Below, piece after piece: positions 50,314-60,394 of a stretch of DNA of 64,000 nt. Source of the stretch: Spirochaetia bacterium (lineage in GTDB: Bacteria > Spirochaetota > Spirochaetia > CADAEX01); the NCBI GenBank assembly GCA_963662795.1, contig OY759746.1:2912001-2976000 (forward strand), read 5' to 3'. Below the pieces are notes generated by a model. That model was not told where the DNA came from. It worked only from the letters and a program-made list of their open reading frames with translations, and searched no databases. The translations under genes and the position numbers were made by a program. Numbering within the stretch: the first letter of the stretch is position 1; each line of letters opens with the position of its first letter.

Positions 50314-51333
50314 ATGAACTACAATACATCAAGCCATATAACGCCGCCGTTTTACCTGAAAAATCCTGTTCTCCAGACAGTGCTTTCAAGCATGAAAATA
50401 CGGAACAGGGGGATAACTTCTTTTGAGCTTGAAAGCAGGGAAGTCCTTGTTGACGCCGGCGGCGGGGTAAGGCTTACAGGGTTTATATCGTCACACGATA
50501 CTTCAAGGGAGACTTCAGACAGCGGAAAGTCTCTGAAAAAACTGATAATCCTTCTTCACGGCTGGGAGGGCAGCGAACGTTCAGCATACATGGTAGCTGC
50601 GGGGCGGTTTTTTTATCAACTCGGCTATGATATATTCCGTCTAAATCTCCGTGACCACGGAAATTCCCATCACCTTAACAAAGGCCCTTTCCTGGGTACT
50701 CTTATAGATGAGGCCTACAGTGCGGTAAAAAGGATTATAGCAGATTACGGTGCAGACAGTAACGTGTATGTAATAGGCTTTTCCATGGGTGCCAATTTTG
50801 CACTGAGGATCGCGAAACTGGCAGGGGATGAAACTGCAGGCGGCGCAGGAAGCGGTTTGCCTGATAAAGTCATTGCGGTAAACCCTCCCTTAAACCCGCT
50901 TACTGCTACACAAAATATTGATAAATACTTTTTAATAAGAAAATATTTTCTTAAAAAATGGAAAAAGAGCCTGATTAAAAAACAGCAGGCATTTCCTGAT
51001 GTATACGATTTCAGCCGCTATCTGGATACCGGCAGCTGTGTTGACCTTACAAGACATCTTGTTGATCAATACTCGGAATATGACAGTATGGAAGAGTATT
51101 TCGGACATTATACGCTCGGCCTTGATTTCTTCAAATCAATAAAAATGCCGGTTTTAGTCATTACCGCCTCAGATGATCCGGTCATTGATATAAGCGGCTT
51201 TGATGATATAATAAAATCAAAGAACAGCAGCATTGATCTGCGTATTGAGCCTTACGGCGGCCACTGCGCATATTTAAGGGATTTTAAGTTTAACACCTGG
51301 CTTTTTGACATGATTCTTGAAAAAATCAAATGA
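50314..51333 (+). CDS. Alpha/beta hydrolase (YheT family)
   Basis: LHGWEGS, RLNLRDHG, GFSMGAN, SDDPVI and GGHC. Confidence 0.88.
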   Translation: MNYNTSSHITPPFYLKNPVLQTVLSSMKIRNRGITSFELESREVLVDAGGGVRLTGFISSHDTSRETSDSGKSLKKLIILLHGWEGSERSAYMVAAGRFFYQLGYDIFRLNLRDHGNSHHLNKGPFLGTLIDEAYSAVKRIIADYGADSNVYVIGFSMGANFALRIAKLAGDETAGGAGSGLPDKVIAVNPPLNPLTATQNIDKYFLIRKYFLKKWKKSLIKKQQAFPDVYDFSRYLDTGSCVDLTRHLVDQYSEYDSMEEYFGHYTLGLDFFKSIKMPVLVITASDDPVIDISGFDDIIKSKNSSIDLRIEPYGGHCAYLRDFKFNTWLFDMILEKIK

Positions 51334-51402
51334 AATATTGCCGCTGTGCGATAATAGACTTAAATTAAATAGTAACAATGAAATCAGCAGAATGCGGCTA
51401 TT

Positions 51403-53187
51403 ATGCTTAAAGAATATAAAACACTTTATCCCTATGTCAAAAAACATTTTTTCTCGTATATTTTCGGCCTGTTTTTTCTGGTTATAACAGACGGCGGACA
51501 GCTTGTTATCCCCCAGATGATAAGAAGGGCGGTTGATCTGATTGCCTCAGGTGATTTTGAATTAAAAAGTGTCGGAAGCCTTATGGTGGCAATGATCGGT
51601 GTTGCATCCGCAATTGCCGCCGGAAGATTCGGATGGCGGGTTTTCATTCAGGGGTCCTCAAGAAGGATCGAAAATGAGCTCAGGGAAAATCTCTTCAGTC
51701 ATCTTTTGAAACTCTCTTCAACTTATTTCAATAACATGAAGACAGGGGATATCATGTCCCGCTTTACAAACGATATGCACAATATCAGGATGGCAACCGG
51801 TATGGCCCTTGTCGCTTTCGTGGACGGCTTTTTCATGACGCTTGTTATTCTGATAATCCTGTTTAAACAGTTCCCCGGTCTTGCAGGTTTTACCATACTG
51901 CCCCTTCCTGTTGTTTTTTTGATAGTTTTGGGCGCAGGCAGGCTTCTCGGGCCGCGGTTCCAGAAAGTGCAGGATTCATACGGACATGTAAGCGATGAAG
52001 CGCAGGAGGCCTTGTCCGGCATCAGGGTAATAAAAACTTTTGTGCGGGAAAGGCACTTCCTGTCAAGATTTTCTTCAGCCAATGAAGAATACCTTAAAAG
52101 CAATCTGGCTCTCGTTAAAATATGGGGATTCCTTTTCCCCGTGATCACTTTTCTTTCAGGGCTTACAACCCTTCTTCTGCTGTGGTTCGGAGGCTCCGGC
52201 GTCATGAAGGGAACGCTTTCCCCGGGGGACTTTGTCGCTGTCCTGAGTTATCTTGGAATGCTTATTTGGCCAATGATAGGCGCCGGATTTACCATCAACC
52301 TGTTAAACAGGGGGGCCGCATCCTTAAGCCGGATAAATAATATACTTAATGAACAGCCTGATATCATCTCCTTTCCGGGTGCGGATGAGTCTATCCTTCC
52401 GGGAGAGCTTGAAGTCAGAAACCTTACATATTCCTTCCCTGACGGGAAGACTCCTGTTCTTGATGATATTTCATTCAAGGTCAGGCAGGGAGAGACTCTT
52501 GGAATTCTCGGCGAGACCGGCTCCGGAAAGAGTACTCTGCTGAGGATACTGCCGAGGCTTCTCGAAGCGCCGGAAGGCACAGTCTTTTACAGCGGCCGCG
52601 GCATAAGAGAATACACGTTGTCAGCACTCCGAAGGATGATTGCCTCGGTTCCGCAGACTACTTTTTTATTTTCAGACACTGTAAAAGCAAACATTGCCTT
52701 CGGAATTTCCGACGCGCTTACTGGTTCACAGCCTGGCCATGGAGAGCAGGAAAACAGGCTTAGAGATCTGGCCCGGATTTCCACGATAGACAGGGACCTC
52801 TCCTCATTCCCCGAAGGCTGGGATACGACTGTGGGTGAAAAAGGTGTTACTCTCTCCGGGGGCCAGAAGCAGCGGATATCAATATCGCGGGCCCTTGCAT
52901 CTGAGCCTGAAGTACTTATTTTTGATGATGCCCTTTCGGCGGTAGACACCGAGACAGAAGAGAAAATTCTTGACAATCTGATCGCCCTGAGGAAGGGGAG
53001 GACCAATATTATTGTAAGCCACCGTGTTTCAACCCTGATGAAAGCTGACCTTGTACTGGTTCTTAAAAACGGCCGGATAGCACAGAAGGGAAGCCCTGAA
53101 AAACTTCTCGGAGAGGACGGGATATTCAGAAGGATTTATAATCTTCAGCAGATTTCAAGACACGAGGAAGGATCAGCCCATGGATGA
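51403..53187 (+). CDS. Heterodimeric ABC exporter subunit (YheI/MdlA-like)
   Basis: TMD plus GETGSGKS, LSGGQKQR and degenerate Walker B FDDALSAVD. Confidence 0.93.
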   Translation: MLKEYKTLYPYVKKHFFSYIFGLFFLVITDGGQLVIPQMIRRAVDLIASGDFELKSVGSLMVAMIGVASAIAAGRFGWRVFIQGSSRRIENELRENLFSHLLKLSSTYFNNMKTGDIMSRFTNDMHNIRMATGMALVAFVDGFFMTLVILIILFKQFPGLAGFTILPLPVVFLIVLGAGRLLGPRFQKVQDSYGHVSDEAQEALSGIRVIKTFVRERHFLSRFSSANEEYLKSNLALVKIWGFLFPVITFLSGLTTLLLLWFGGSGVMKGTLSPGDFVAVLSYLGMLIWPMIGAGFTINLLNRGAASLSRINNILNEQPDIISFPGADESILPGELEVRNLTYSFPDGKTPVLDDISFKVRQGETLGILGETGSGKSTLLRILPRLLEAPEGTVFYSGRGIREYTLSALRRMIASVPQTTFLFSDTVKANIAFGISDALTGSQPGHGEQENRLRDLARISTIDRDLSSFPEGWDTTVGEKGVTLSGGQKQRISISRALASEPEVLIFDDALSAVDTETEEKILDNLIALRKGRTNIIVSHRVSTLMKADLVLVLKNGRIAQKGSPEKLLGEDGIFRRIYNLQQISRHEEGSAHG

Positions 53188-55297
53188 CGAAAAAATTATC
53201 CGGGGTCTTGATGCCGCGATAATGAAAAGGCTTTTCCGGTATGTTAAGCCTTACAGCTTCTGGTTTATGGTTGCTGTAGCGGGATTGATATTTGCGACCA
53301 TAGGGGAGCTTGTTACACCTGTCCTGCTTCAGAGAGCTATTGACCGGCATATTATTGTTTCCTGGTCCGCCTTTATTGAGAAACCGAAAGAGAAAACCGA
53401 CCCCCGCGTTAGTATGGTTTTGGATAAATCTGATTTACCGCCTGTGCATATCGGGGGGCTGATATTTGTCACTTCTGATGCAATGGGTATATTAACCGGC
53501 AGCGAAAAAAAGGAATTGATTGAAAAAGGTCTGCTTGAAAAAGAGGGCTGGTATCTGTTTTCACCCGAAAAGTCAGGTATTGATTTAGCTTTACTTAAAT
53601 CCTCATATCCCGGATATTTTATCGGAAATCAGGATTCAGCCGCTGTAACAGTTGAAAATCTTAAAACCCTTTCGCATGAGGAACTCAGGCTGATAAGGAA
53701 GGGTGATTTCAGCGGATTGATGAGGTATTCTGTTTTTTACCTCCTTCTTCTGCTGGAAATACTGGCATTTTCGTTCCTGCAGGTTTATATCATGGCTTAC
53801 ATCAGCCAGAGCGTGATGCGGGACATGAGGCACGAAGTCCTGGGGCATACTTTCAGGCAGTCTCTTTCCTTTCTAAACAGCCGCCCGGTGGGCAGCCTTG
53901 TAAGCAGGGTAACTTCCGACGTTGAAACAGTAAATGAATTATTCACGTCAGTCGCCACCTCTTTACTGAGCGATGTGTTTGTTATGGCAGGCGTTGTTTT
54001 CGTCCTTTTTACCCTTAACTCAAGGCTTGCCGTAATAACTGTATTGACCCTGCCTCCGGTATTTGTTCTTACATGGTTTTTCAGGAGCCGCGCCCGGGAG
54101 GCATACAGGCAGGTAAGGCTCTGGGTTTCCAATGTAAACGGCTTTCTTTCCGAGCATATCTCAGGGATTGAGGTAATACAGATGTTCAGCAGGGAAAGGA
54201 AGATAAGGGATGATTTTAATGCCAAAAACAGGCAGCTGCTTAAAGCCGAGCTTGGGGAGATGTATGTTTTTGCCGCCTTCAGGCCCCTTATAGATTTTTT
54301 TACTTCTGTATCGACAGGGGCTATCCTTTATTTCGGGGCCAGGTACTTTACAGACTCAACACTTTCTCTTGGGGTACTGATAGCATTTGTTAACCTTGTG
54401 GGGCAGTTTTACCGTCCTGTAATGGACATTTCCGAAAAATTCAACATAATGCAGTCCGCAATGGCGGGAAGCGAGAGGGTTTTCGATCTTCTTGATACTA
54501 AAAATTCAATTCCCGACAGCGGTAAAATGGATACCATGGACTTCATCGGCAGAATAGAATTCCGGAAAGTTAATTTTTCCTACAACCCCGGCGAGCCTGT
54601 GCTGAAGAATCTCTCTTTTATCCTTAATCCCGGGGAAACAGTTGCGGTTGTCGGATATACAGGTGCGGGAAAAACTACAATCGCAAGCCTTGCCGCCAGA
54701 TTCTGGGATACAGGCAGCGGGGAAATCCTTGTGGACGGAAGGAACATAAAGGAATATTCGCTTGATTCCCTTAGAAAGTACATTCAGACTGTCCAGCAGG
54801 AGGTCTTCCTGTTTTCAGGGACTCTTGAGGAAAATATAACTTTAGGGAAAACCATTTCAAGTAAAGAACTCGAGAGGGCCGCTGCCGCGGTACAGGCCGA
54901 CAGGTTCATCAGCGCTCTTCCCGAAGGGTTTTCCACTATGGTCAAGGAGGGCGGGGTCAACTTTTCCGCGGGGCAAAGGCAGCTGATTTCTTTCGCGAGG
55001 ATTATTGCAAATGACCCTAAAGTTGTTATTCTTGATGAGGCAACCGCCAGTGTGGATACAGAGACGGAAAAACTTATCCAGCTCGCGTTAAGCGAAATAC
55101 TGAAAGACAGGACAAGCCTTGTCATTGCCCACCGCCTTTCAACAATACGCCACGCTGACAGGATACTGGTGCTTAACGAAGGAAATCTTGTTGAGGAAGG
55201 CCCGCACGATAAACTCATGGCAATGCGGGGGGCTTATTTCAACCTGTACCGGCTGCAGTATGAGAAAAACGGTGTTAGTGATAAATTATATAATTGA
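53180..55297 (+). CDS. Heterodimeric ABC exporter subunit (YheH/MdlB-like) with large extracytoplasmic loop
   Basis: TMD plus GYTGAGKTT, FSAGQRQ, LDEAT and IAHRLST. Confidence 0.93.
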   Translation: MDDEKIIRGLDAAIMKRLFRYVKPYSFWFMVAVAGLIFATIGELVTPVLLQRAIDRHIIVSWSAFIEKPKEKTDPRVSMVLDKSDLPPVHIGGLIFVTSDAMGILTGSEKKELIEKGLLEKEGWYLFSPEKSGIDLALLKSSYPGYFIGNQDSAAVTVENLKTLSHEELRLIRKGDFSGLMRYSVFYLLLLLEILAFSFLQVYIMAYISQSVMRDMRHEVLGHTFRQSLSFLNSRPVGSLVSRVTSDVETVNELFTSVATSLLSDVFVMAGVVFVLFTLNSRLAVITVLTLPPVFVLTWFFRSRAREAYRQVRLWVSNVNGFLSEHISGIEVIQMFSRERKIRDDFNAKNRQLLKAELGEMYVFAAFRPLIDFFTSVSTGAILYFGARYFTDSTLSLGVLIAFVNLVGQFYRPVMDISEKFNIMQSAMAGSERVFDLLDTKNSIPDSGKMDTMDFIGRIEFRKVNFSYNPGEPVLKNLSFILNPGETVAVVGYTGAGKTTIASLAARFWDTGSGEILVDGRNIKEYSLDSLRKYIQTVQQEVFLFSGTLEENITLGKTISSKELERAAAAVQADRFISALPEGFSTMVKEGGVNFSAGQRQLISFARIIANDPKVVILDEATASVDTETEKLIQLALSEILKDRTSLVIAHRLSTIRHADRILVLNEGNLVEEGPHDKLMAMRGAYFNLYRLQYEKNGVSDKLYN

Positions 55298-55329
55298 AAA
55301 ATATAGAGATGTAAAGGAGAAGAATAAAT

Positions 55330-55782
55330 ATGTTTACAGCAGGAATGAAAGCGCCTGATTTTACGCTTAAAAATGAGGAAGGCAGGGAGATTTCTTTAAA
55401 GGATTTTAAAGGTAAAAAGGTTGTTGTCTATTTTTATCCGAAGGACAATACTCCGGGCTGTACAAAGGAGGCATGCAGCTTTCGCGACAGTTATGATGCA
55501 ATCCTTGAAAAAGGGGCGGTAGTCATAGGAATATCGGCCGATTCAGAAAAGTCCCATGAAAACTTTAAAAGTAAATTCGGACTTCCTTTTTTTCTTTTAA
55601 GCGATCCTGAAAAAAAAGTGATAAAAGCTTTCGGTGCATGGGGCGGGAAAAGCATGATGGGTAAAAAATATGAAGGCATTCTCAGGTCAACATTTGTAAT
55701 AGACGGCAGCGGAGTTGTTGTCAAAGTTTTTGATAAGGTAAAGACAACCGTTCACGGAGAAGAGGTTTTGTCAGTTCTTTAA
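55330..55782 (+). CDS. bcp: Thioredoxin-dependent thiol peroxidase BCP
   Basis: YFYPKDNTPGCTKEAC and RSTFVID. Confidence 0.95.
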   Translation: MFTAGMKAPDFTLKNEEGREISLKDFKGKKVVVYFYPKDNTPGCTKEACSFRDSYDAILEKGAVVIGISADSEKSHENFKSKFGLPFFLLSDPEKKVIKAFGAWGGKSMMGKKYEGILRSTFVIDGSGVVVKVFDKVKTTVHGEEVLSVL

Positions 55783-55910
55783 ATGCCGGCTTTTGATCAG
55801 GTAATTAAGGGCTCTCATTAAATAAGTAAAGCATATTATCATTTTCTTTTATGATTTTAGTGTGTAATCCGGTATTAATAATTTTGTAACAGGAAAAACA
55901 GGGGCGAATA

Positions 55911-57296
55911 ATGAAAAGCAACAGGGGAAAAGCTGTCCTTACGGAAGGTGCTGTAGGCAGCCTTCTTGTTAAACTTACCATTCCGATGATTTTCGGAATT
56001 CTGGGAATGGTTATCTACAACCTTGTTGATACTTTTTTCGTCGGAAGACTCGGGAAAGATCAGCTTGCTGCCCTCTCTTTTACCTTCCCGGTAGTCCTTA
56101 TAATCGGCAGCATCTCCCATGGCCTGGGAATAGGAACTTCCGCCCTTGTCTCAAGGGCGATAGGTGAAAATGATTATAAAAGGGTAAAGCGTCTTGCCAC
56201 AGACAGCCTTGTTCTTTCGCTCCTTGTTGTTGCTTCCTTTGTCACTGCGGGTCTTCTTACAATTGATCCGCTCTTCAGGCTTCTCGGGGCCGGCGACAGG
56301 GTTATACCGTATATTAAAGAGTATATGTCTGTATGGTATTTCGGGATGATTTTCGTAGTTGTCCCGATGGTCGGCAACAATATCATAAGGGCAACAGGCG
56401 ATTCAAAAACACCGGGTGTCATCATGATGATCGGCGCGCTGATGAACGGCATTCTTGACCCTGTACTTATATTCGGCAGCAGCGCTATCCCGGTCCTGAA
56501 CGCTGCAACAGCATATCTGGGCTTTGAAATCCCCCCGTTCGGCATAAAGGGAGCGGCTGCCGCGACCCTTATCGGCCGCTCGATTACCTTTTTTGTTGCT
56601 ATTTATGTTTTAACAATAAGGGAAAAGATTATCTCTTTTAAAAGACCTCGCGTCCGGGAAGTCCTTGATTCATGGGGAGAGATACTTGCCATTGGTATTC
56701 CCAACACTGGAACAAGAATGATAATCCCGATCGGAGCCGGAGTTATCACGAGAATTATTTCTTCTGAAGGGGTACTTGCTGTCGCCGGCTACGGAATTGC
56801 CACAAGAATAGAGTTTTTCTCTCTTGCCGCTGTTAATGCCCTCTCAAGCATAATCGGCCCTTTTGTCGGTCAGAACCTCGGGGCCGGAAAACTTGAAAGG
56901 GTCAGGGAAGGGATCAAAAAAGGGAACATGATGTCGATTATCCTCGGGAGTTTCTTTTTTACGCTGCTTTTTTTTCTCTCAGGAAGGATTGCCTCTGTAT
57001 TCAGCAGTGATCCGTTCATTATATCAACGGCATCGCTTTATCTCAGGATAGTTTCTGCAGCATACTGTTTTCAGGGCATATATCTTATATCTGTTCCAGT
57101 ACTGAATGTATTTGGAAAACCGCTTATAGCAAGTTTTTTAAGTATAATCGAGGTATTCATTCTTATTATACCATTGGCGTTTTTAGGGGGAAAATTCTTC
57201 GATATACCCGGAATATTTACCGCCATAGGTGTAAGTTATCTGCTTACCGGATTGATATCAGCCTATTTGGTTAAAAAAATGGCTGAAAGATTATAG
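55911..57296 (+). CDS. MATE family efflux transporter
   Basis: YNLVDTFFVGRLG, RATGDSKTP, LDPVLIFG and GQNLGAG. Confidence 0.93.
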   Translation: MKSNRGKAVLTEGAVGSLLVKLTIPMIFGILGMVIYNLVDTFFVGRLGKDQLAALSFTFPVVLIIGSISHGLGIGTSALVSRAIGENDYKRVKRLATDSLVLSLLVVASFVTAGLLTIDPLFRLLGAGDRVIPYIKEYMSVWYFGMIFVVVPMVGNNIIRATGDSKTPGVIMMIGALMNGILDPVLIFGSSAIPVLNAATAYLGFEIPPFGIKGAAAATLIGRSITFFVAIYVLTIREKIISFKRPRVREVLDSWGEILAIGIPNTGTRMIIPIGAGVITRIISSEGVLAVAGYGIATRIEFFSLAAVNALSSIIGPFVGQNLGAGKLERVREGIKKGNMMSIILGSFFFTLLFFLSGRIASVFSSDPFIISTASLYLRIVSAAYCFQGIYLISVPVLNVFGKPLIASFLSIIEVFILIIPLAFLGGKFFDIPGIFTAIGVSYLLTGLISAYLVKKMAERL

Positions 57297-57407
57297 TATT
57301 TCGCATCTTTAACCAATAAAAGACTGACTATGGCATTTTGATCCTGCAAAAGGCTGAGGATAACTGAAATACACCTTGAAAAAATAATAGTGTTTCTACA
57401 AAAAGAA

Positions 57408-57452
57408 TTGACAGTTAGCACTATTTAATATAATGTTACTACACATAGAAAC
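57408..57452 (+). promoter_or_regulatory. trpB2 promoter with candidate TrpR operator
   Basis: TTGACA at 57408, TATAAT at 57429, then GTTACTA-CACA-TAGAAAC at 57435-57452; a weaker copy at 57392-57409. Confidence 0.7.
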
Positions 57453-57471
57453 ATTAAAAAAGGAGTATTTT

Positions 57472-58863
57472 ATGCCGGATACAAAGATATTTTTAAACGA
57501 ACAGGATATGCCCAGGCAGTGGTATAACCTTGCCGCCGACCTTCCAAGTCCAATGCAGCCTCCGCTGGGGCCTGACGGAAAACCTGTAACACCGGAAATG
57601 CTTGAGCCCATATTTCCGAAAAGCCTGATCGAGCAGGAGGTCAGCCAGAAGAGGTGGATAGATATTCCTGAAGAAATTCAATCGCTCCTTAAAATCTGGA
57701 GGCCGTCTCCGCTTCGAAGAGCGCATAACCTTGAGAAATTTCTTAAAACGCCCGCCAAAATTTATTATAAGGATGAGAGCGTATCGCCTCCGGGAAGCCA
57801 TAAACCCAACACCGCGGTGGCCCAGGCCTGGTACAACAAGCAGGAAGGCATTACAAGCCTTACCACAGAAACCGGGGCAGGGCAGTGGGGAAGCGCCCTT
57901 TCTTTCGCGGCAGCCCTTGTCGGTCTTGAGTGCAAGGTCTTCATGGTAAGGATCAGCTTCGACCAGAAACCATTCAGGAAAATTATGATGCAGACCTGGG
58001 GGGGAACCTGTATAGCAAGCCCGAGCATGGAAACAAATGCGGGCCGGGAAATTCTCTCTAAAACTCCCGATACTCCGGGAAGTCTCGGTATCGCGATAAG
58101 CGAGGCGGTTGAGGCCGCGGTTGCAGACTCCACCGGCAAAACCAAATACACGCTCGGAAGCGTGCTTAATCACGTTATGCTCCACCAGACCATTATAGGC
58201 CAGGAAGCGAAGAAACAGCTTAAAATTGCAGGTGTAAAGAAACCCGATATTGTCATAGGCTGCGCGGGCGGCGGAAGCAATTTCGCAGGTCTTGCGTTTC
58301 CTTTTGTCAATGATAAAATCAACGGCGCTGATATAGAAATCATCCCTGTTGAGCCGGCTTCCTGTCCGACTCTTACAAAAGGGCCGTTTACATACGACCT
58401 CGGTGATTTTTCAGGAATGACTCCTCTTCTTCCCATGTATACTCTTGGCCACAATTTTGTTCCGCCCCCTATTCATGCCGGCGGCCTGAGGTATCACGGG
58501 ATGGCCCCGCTTGTTTCCCAGACTGTTGTTGAGGGGCTCTCATCCCCCAGGGCGATACATCAGCTTGAATGCTACAATGCCGCGATTACATTCGCAAGGA
58601 CTGAAGGTATTGTTGTCGCGCCTGAGACAAGCCATGCGGTTGCGGCAGCGATTCAGGAAGCGGTAAAGGCTAAGGAAGAGGGAAAAGAGAAAGTCATTCT
58701 CTTTAACCTTAGCGGGCACGGATTTATGGACATGAAAGGTTATGAAGCTTTTCTCGGCGGCAAGCTATCAGACTATGAACTTCCTTCAGAGGAAATTGAG
58801 AAAAACCTTGCTGCTTTAAAGAATTTCCCGAAAGCAGAAATCAGAAAAACCGGAAAATGGTAA
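57472..58863 (+). CDS. trpB2: TrpB-like PLP enzyme (TrpB2)
   Basis: [39 protein letters not shown] and HAGGLRYHG; AGGAG RBS before ATG 57472. Confidence 0.95.
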   Translation: MPDTKIFLNEQDMPRQWYNLAADLPSPMQPPLGPDGKPVTPEMLEPIFPKSLIEQEVSQKRWIDIPEEIQSLLKIWRPSPLRRAHNLEKFLKTPAKIYYKDESVSPPGSHKPNTAVAQAWYNKQEGITSLTTETGAGQWGSALSFAAALVGLECKVFMVRISFDQKPFRKIMMQTWGGTCIASPSMETNAGREILSKTPDTPGSLGIAISEAVEAAVADSTGKTKYTLGSVLNHVMLHQTIIGQEAKKQLKIAGVKKPDIVIGCAGGGSNFAGLAFPFVNDKINGADIEIIPVEPASCPTLTKGPFTYDLGDFSGMTPLLPMYTLGHNFVPPPIHAGGLRYHGMAPLVSQTVVEGLSSPRAIHQLECYNAAITFARTEGIVVAPETSHAVAAAIQEAVKAKEEGKEKVILFNLSGHGFMDMKGYEAFLGGKLSDYELPSEEIEKNLAALKNFPKAEIRKTGKW

Positions 58864-58866
58864 TAA

Positions 58867-59160
58867 ATGAAAGAACAAAAATTTACTGACGGTAATCCGG
58901 TAAATCCGGATTACCGGGCAGTTGAGGAGATTTACTGTAAAATGCTCGGCCACAATATAACGTTTTCATACTGCATAAGGCCGGGCAGTGATATTTTCTG
59001 CCGGAATATAGCAGGCTGCTGGGCAGGAAGGATGGATATTGAATCTTATCTGGCTGAAAGGTTTACGGAAGAGGAAATAGATCAGGCCCTTAAGCCCAAA
59101 CCTCCAAAAATATTGAGCCTTCTTGAGCTGATTGAGAAGGCAAAATCCGCTTCGCAGTAG
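58867..59160 (+). CDS. Small Cys/His-motif hypothetical protein
   Basis: YCKMLGH...YC...FCRNIAGCW; starts 3 nt after the trpB2 stop. Confidence 0.7.
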   Translation: MKEQKFTDGNPVNPDYRAVEEIYCKMLGHNITFSYCIRPGSDIFCRNIAGCWAGRMDIESYLAERFTEEEIDQALKPKPPKILSLLELIEKAKSASQ

Positions 59161-59216
59161 AACGAACAGGAAAAATGGTATATTCTCTACTACCAGGAAA
59201 CTGAGGGAGAATATAA

Positions 59217-60281
59217 ATGGATAGTTCTATTGGTGTCGGCCTGATAGGGTTCGGAATGGCGGGCAGGGTGTTTCACGCGCCTGTAATCGCCAGTGTCCCC
59301 GGGTTAAAGCTTGTTAAAATTGTAACAGGAAAAAGCGAAGCGGCTTCCCTTGCCCGTCAAAGATATCCGCAAGCGGAAGTTGTCCCGGATTACAGGAAAC
59401 TGTTGGAAGATGATTCCATTCAGCTTATAGTCGTTGCAACGCCTAACACATCTCATGTTGAACTTGCCTCTGACGCTCTTGAAGCGGGGAAACATGTTGT
59501 CGTTGAAAAACCCTTTACAATTACGGCAGCGGAAGCTGATTCTCTTATCAAGCTGGCTGAGCGAAGAGGGAAAATTCTTACTGTCCATCAGAACAGGCGA
59601 TGGGACAGCAATTTTCTTACAGTAAAAAAAGTCATTGAAAAAAAACTTATCGGCAATATTGTAGAATATGAAGCACATTTCGACAGGTTCAGAAACTATA
59701 TAAAGGAAAATGCCTGGAGAGAGGAAACCGGCCCGGGATCGGGGATGGTCTATGATCTTGGAAGCCACCTGATCGATCAGGCCCTGTCACTTTTCGGACT
59801 GCCTGAATATGTTGCGGCTGATATCAGGACACAGCGGCGCGGCGGGACGGTTGATGACGCTTTTGAGATTATTCTTTATTACAAGGGGCTTAAAGTTACT
59901 TTAAAGTCTGGAATGCTTGTAAAAGAGCCTTTGCCCCGTTTTATCATTCTGGGGGATAAAGGCTCATTTGTGAAATACGGAACAGATGTCCAGGAGGAAT
60001 TGCTTAAAAAAGGGCTTTCTCCTGCTGATGATATAAACTGGGGAAGCGAACCTGAATCGATATGGGGAGTATTGAACACCGAGATAGAAGGCCTTAACTT
60101 CAGGGGAAAACTGGAAAGCGTAAAAGGCGATTACCGCGAATTTTACAGAAACACTGTCAATGCTGTTTCGGGCAGGGAAAACCCTGCTGTATCAGCGCAT
60201 GACGGCCGCAATACTATCAGGATAATAGAGCTGGCATTTGAAAGCAGCAGGTCAGGCAGGAGAATATCATTTACACAGTAA
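59217..60281 (+). CDS. Gfo/Idh/MocA oxidoreductase (YdgJ/IolW-like)
   Basis: GFGMAG.VFHAP, VATPN, VVEKP, HQNRRWD and DLGSHLIDQ. Confidence 0.92.
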   Translation: MDSSIGVGLIGFGMAGRVFHAPVIASVPGLKLVKIVTGKSEAASLARQRYPQAEVVPDYRKLLEDDSIQLIVVATPNTSHVELASDALEAGKHVVVEKPFTITAAEADSLIKLAERRGKILTVHQNRRWDSNFLTVKKVIEKKLIGNIVEYEAHFDRFRNYIKENAWREETGPGSGMVYDLGSHLIDQALSLFGLPEYVAADIRTQRRGGTVDDAFEIILYYKGLKVTLKSGMLVKEPLPRFIILGDKGSFVKYGTDVQEELLKKGLSPADDINWGSEPESIWGVLNTEIEGLNFRGKLESVKGDYREFYRNTVNAVSGRENPAVSAHDGRNTIRIIELAFESSRSGRRISFTQ

Positions 60282-60295
60282 GATGCAGTAATACA

Positions 60296-60330
60296 TGCCG
60301 GGCAGTTCCAGGTGCGGCCGGCAGGTTTTT
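60296..60330 (+). terminator. Possible intrinsic terminator
   Basis: TGCCGG...CCGGCA stem followed by GGTTTTT. Confidence 0.4.
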
Positions 60331-60394
60331 AAATAAATATACTTTATAGAGGTTTTTTTGTTTTGAACAGCTTTAATATTGTGAACGGGTTAAT

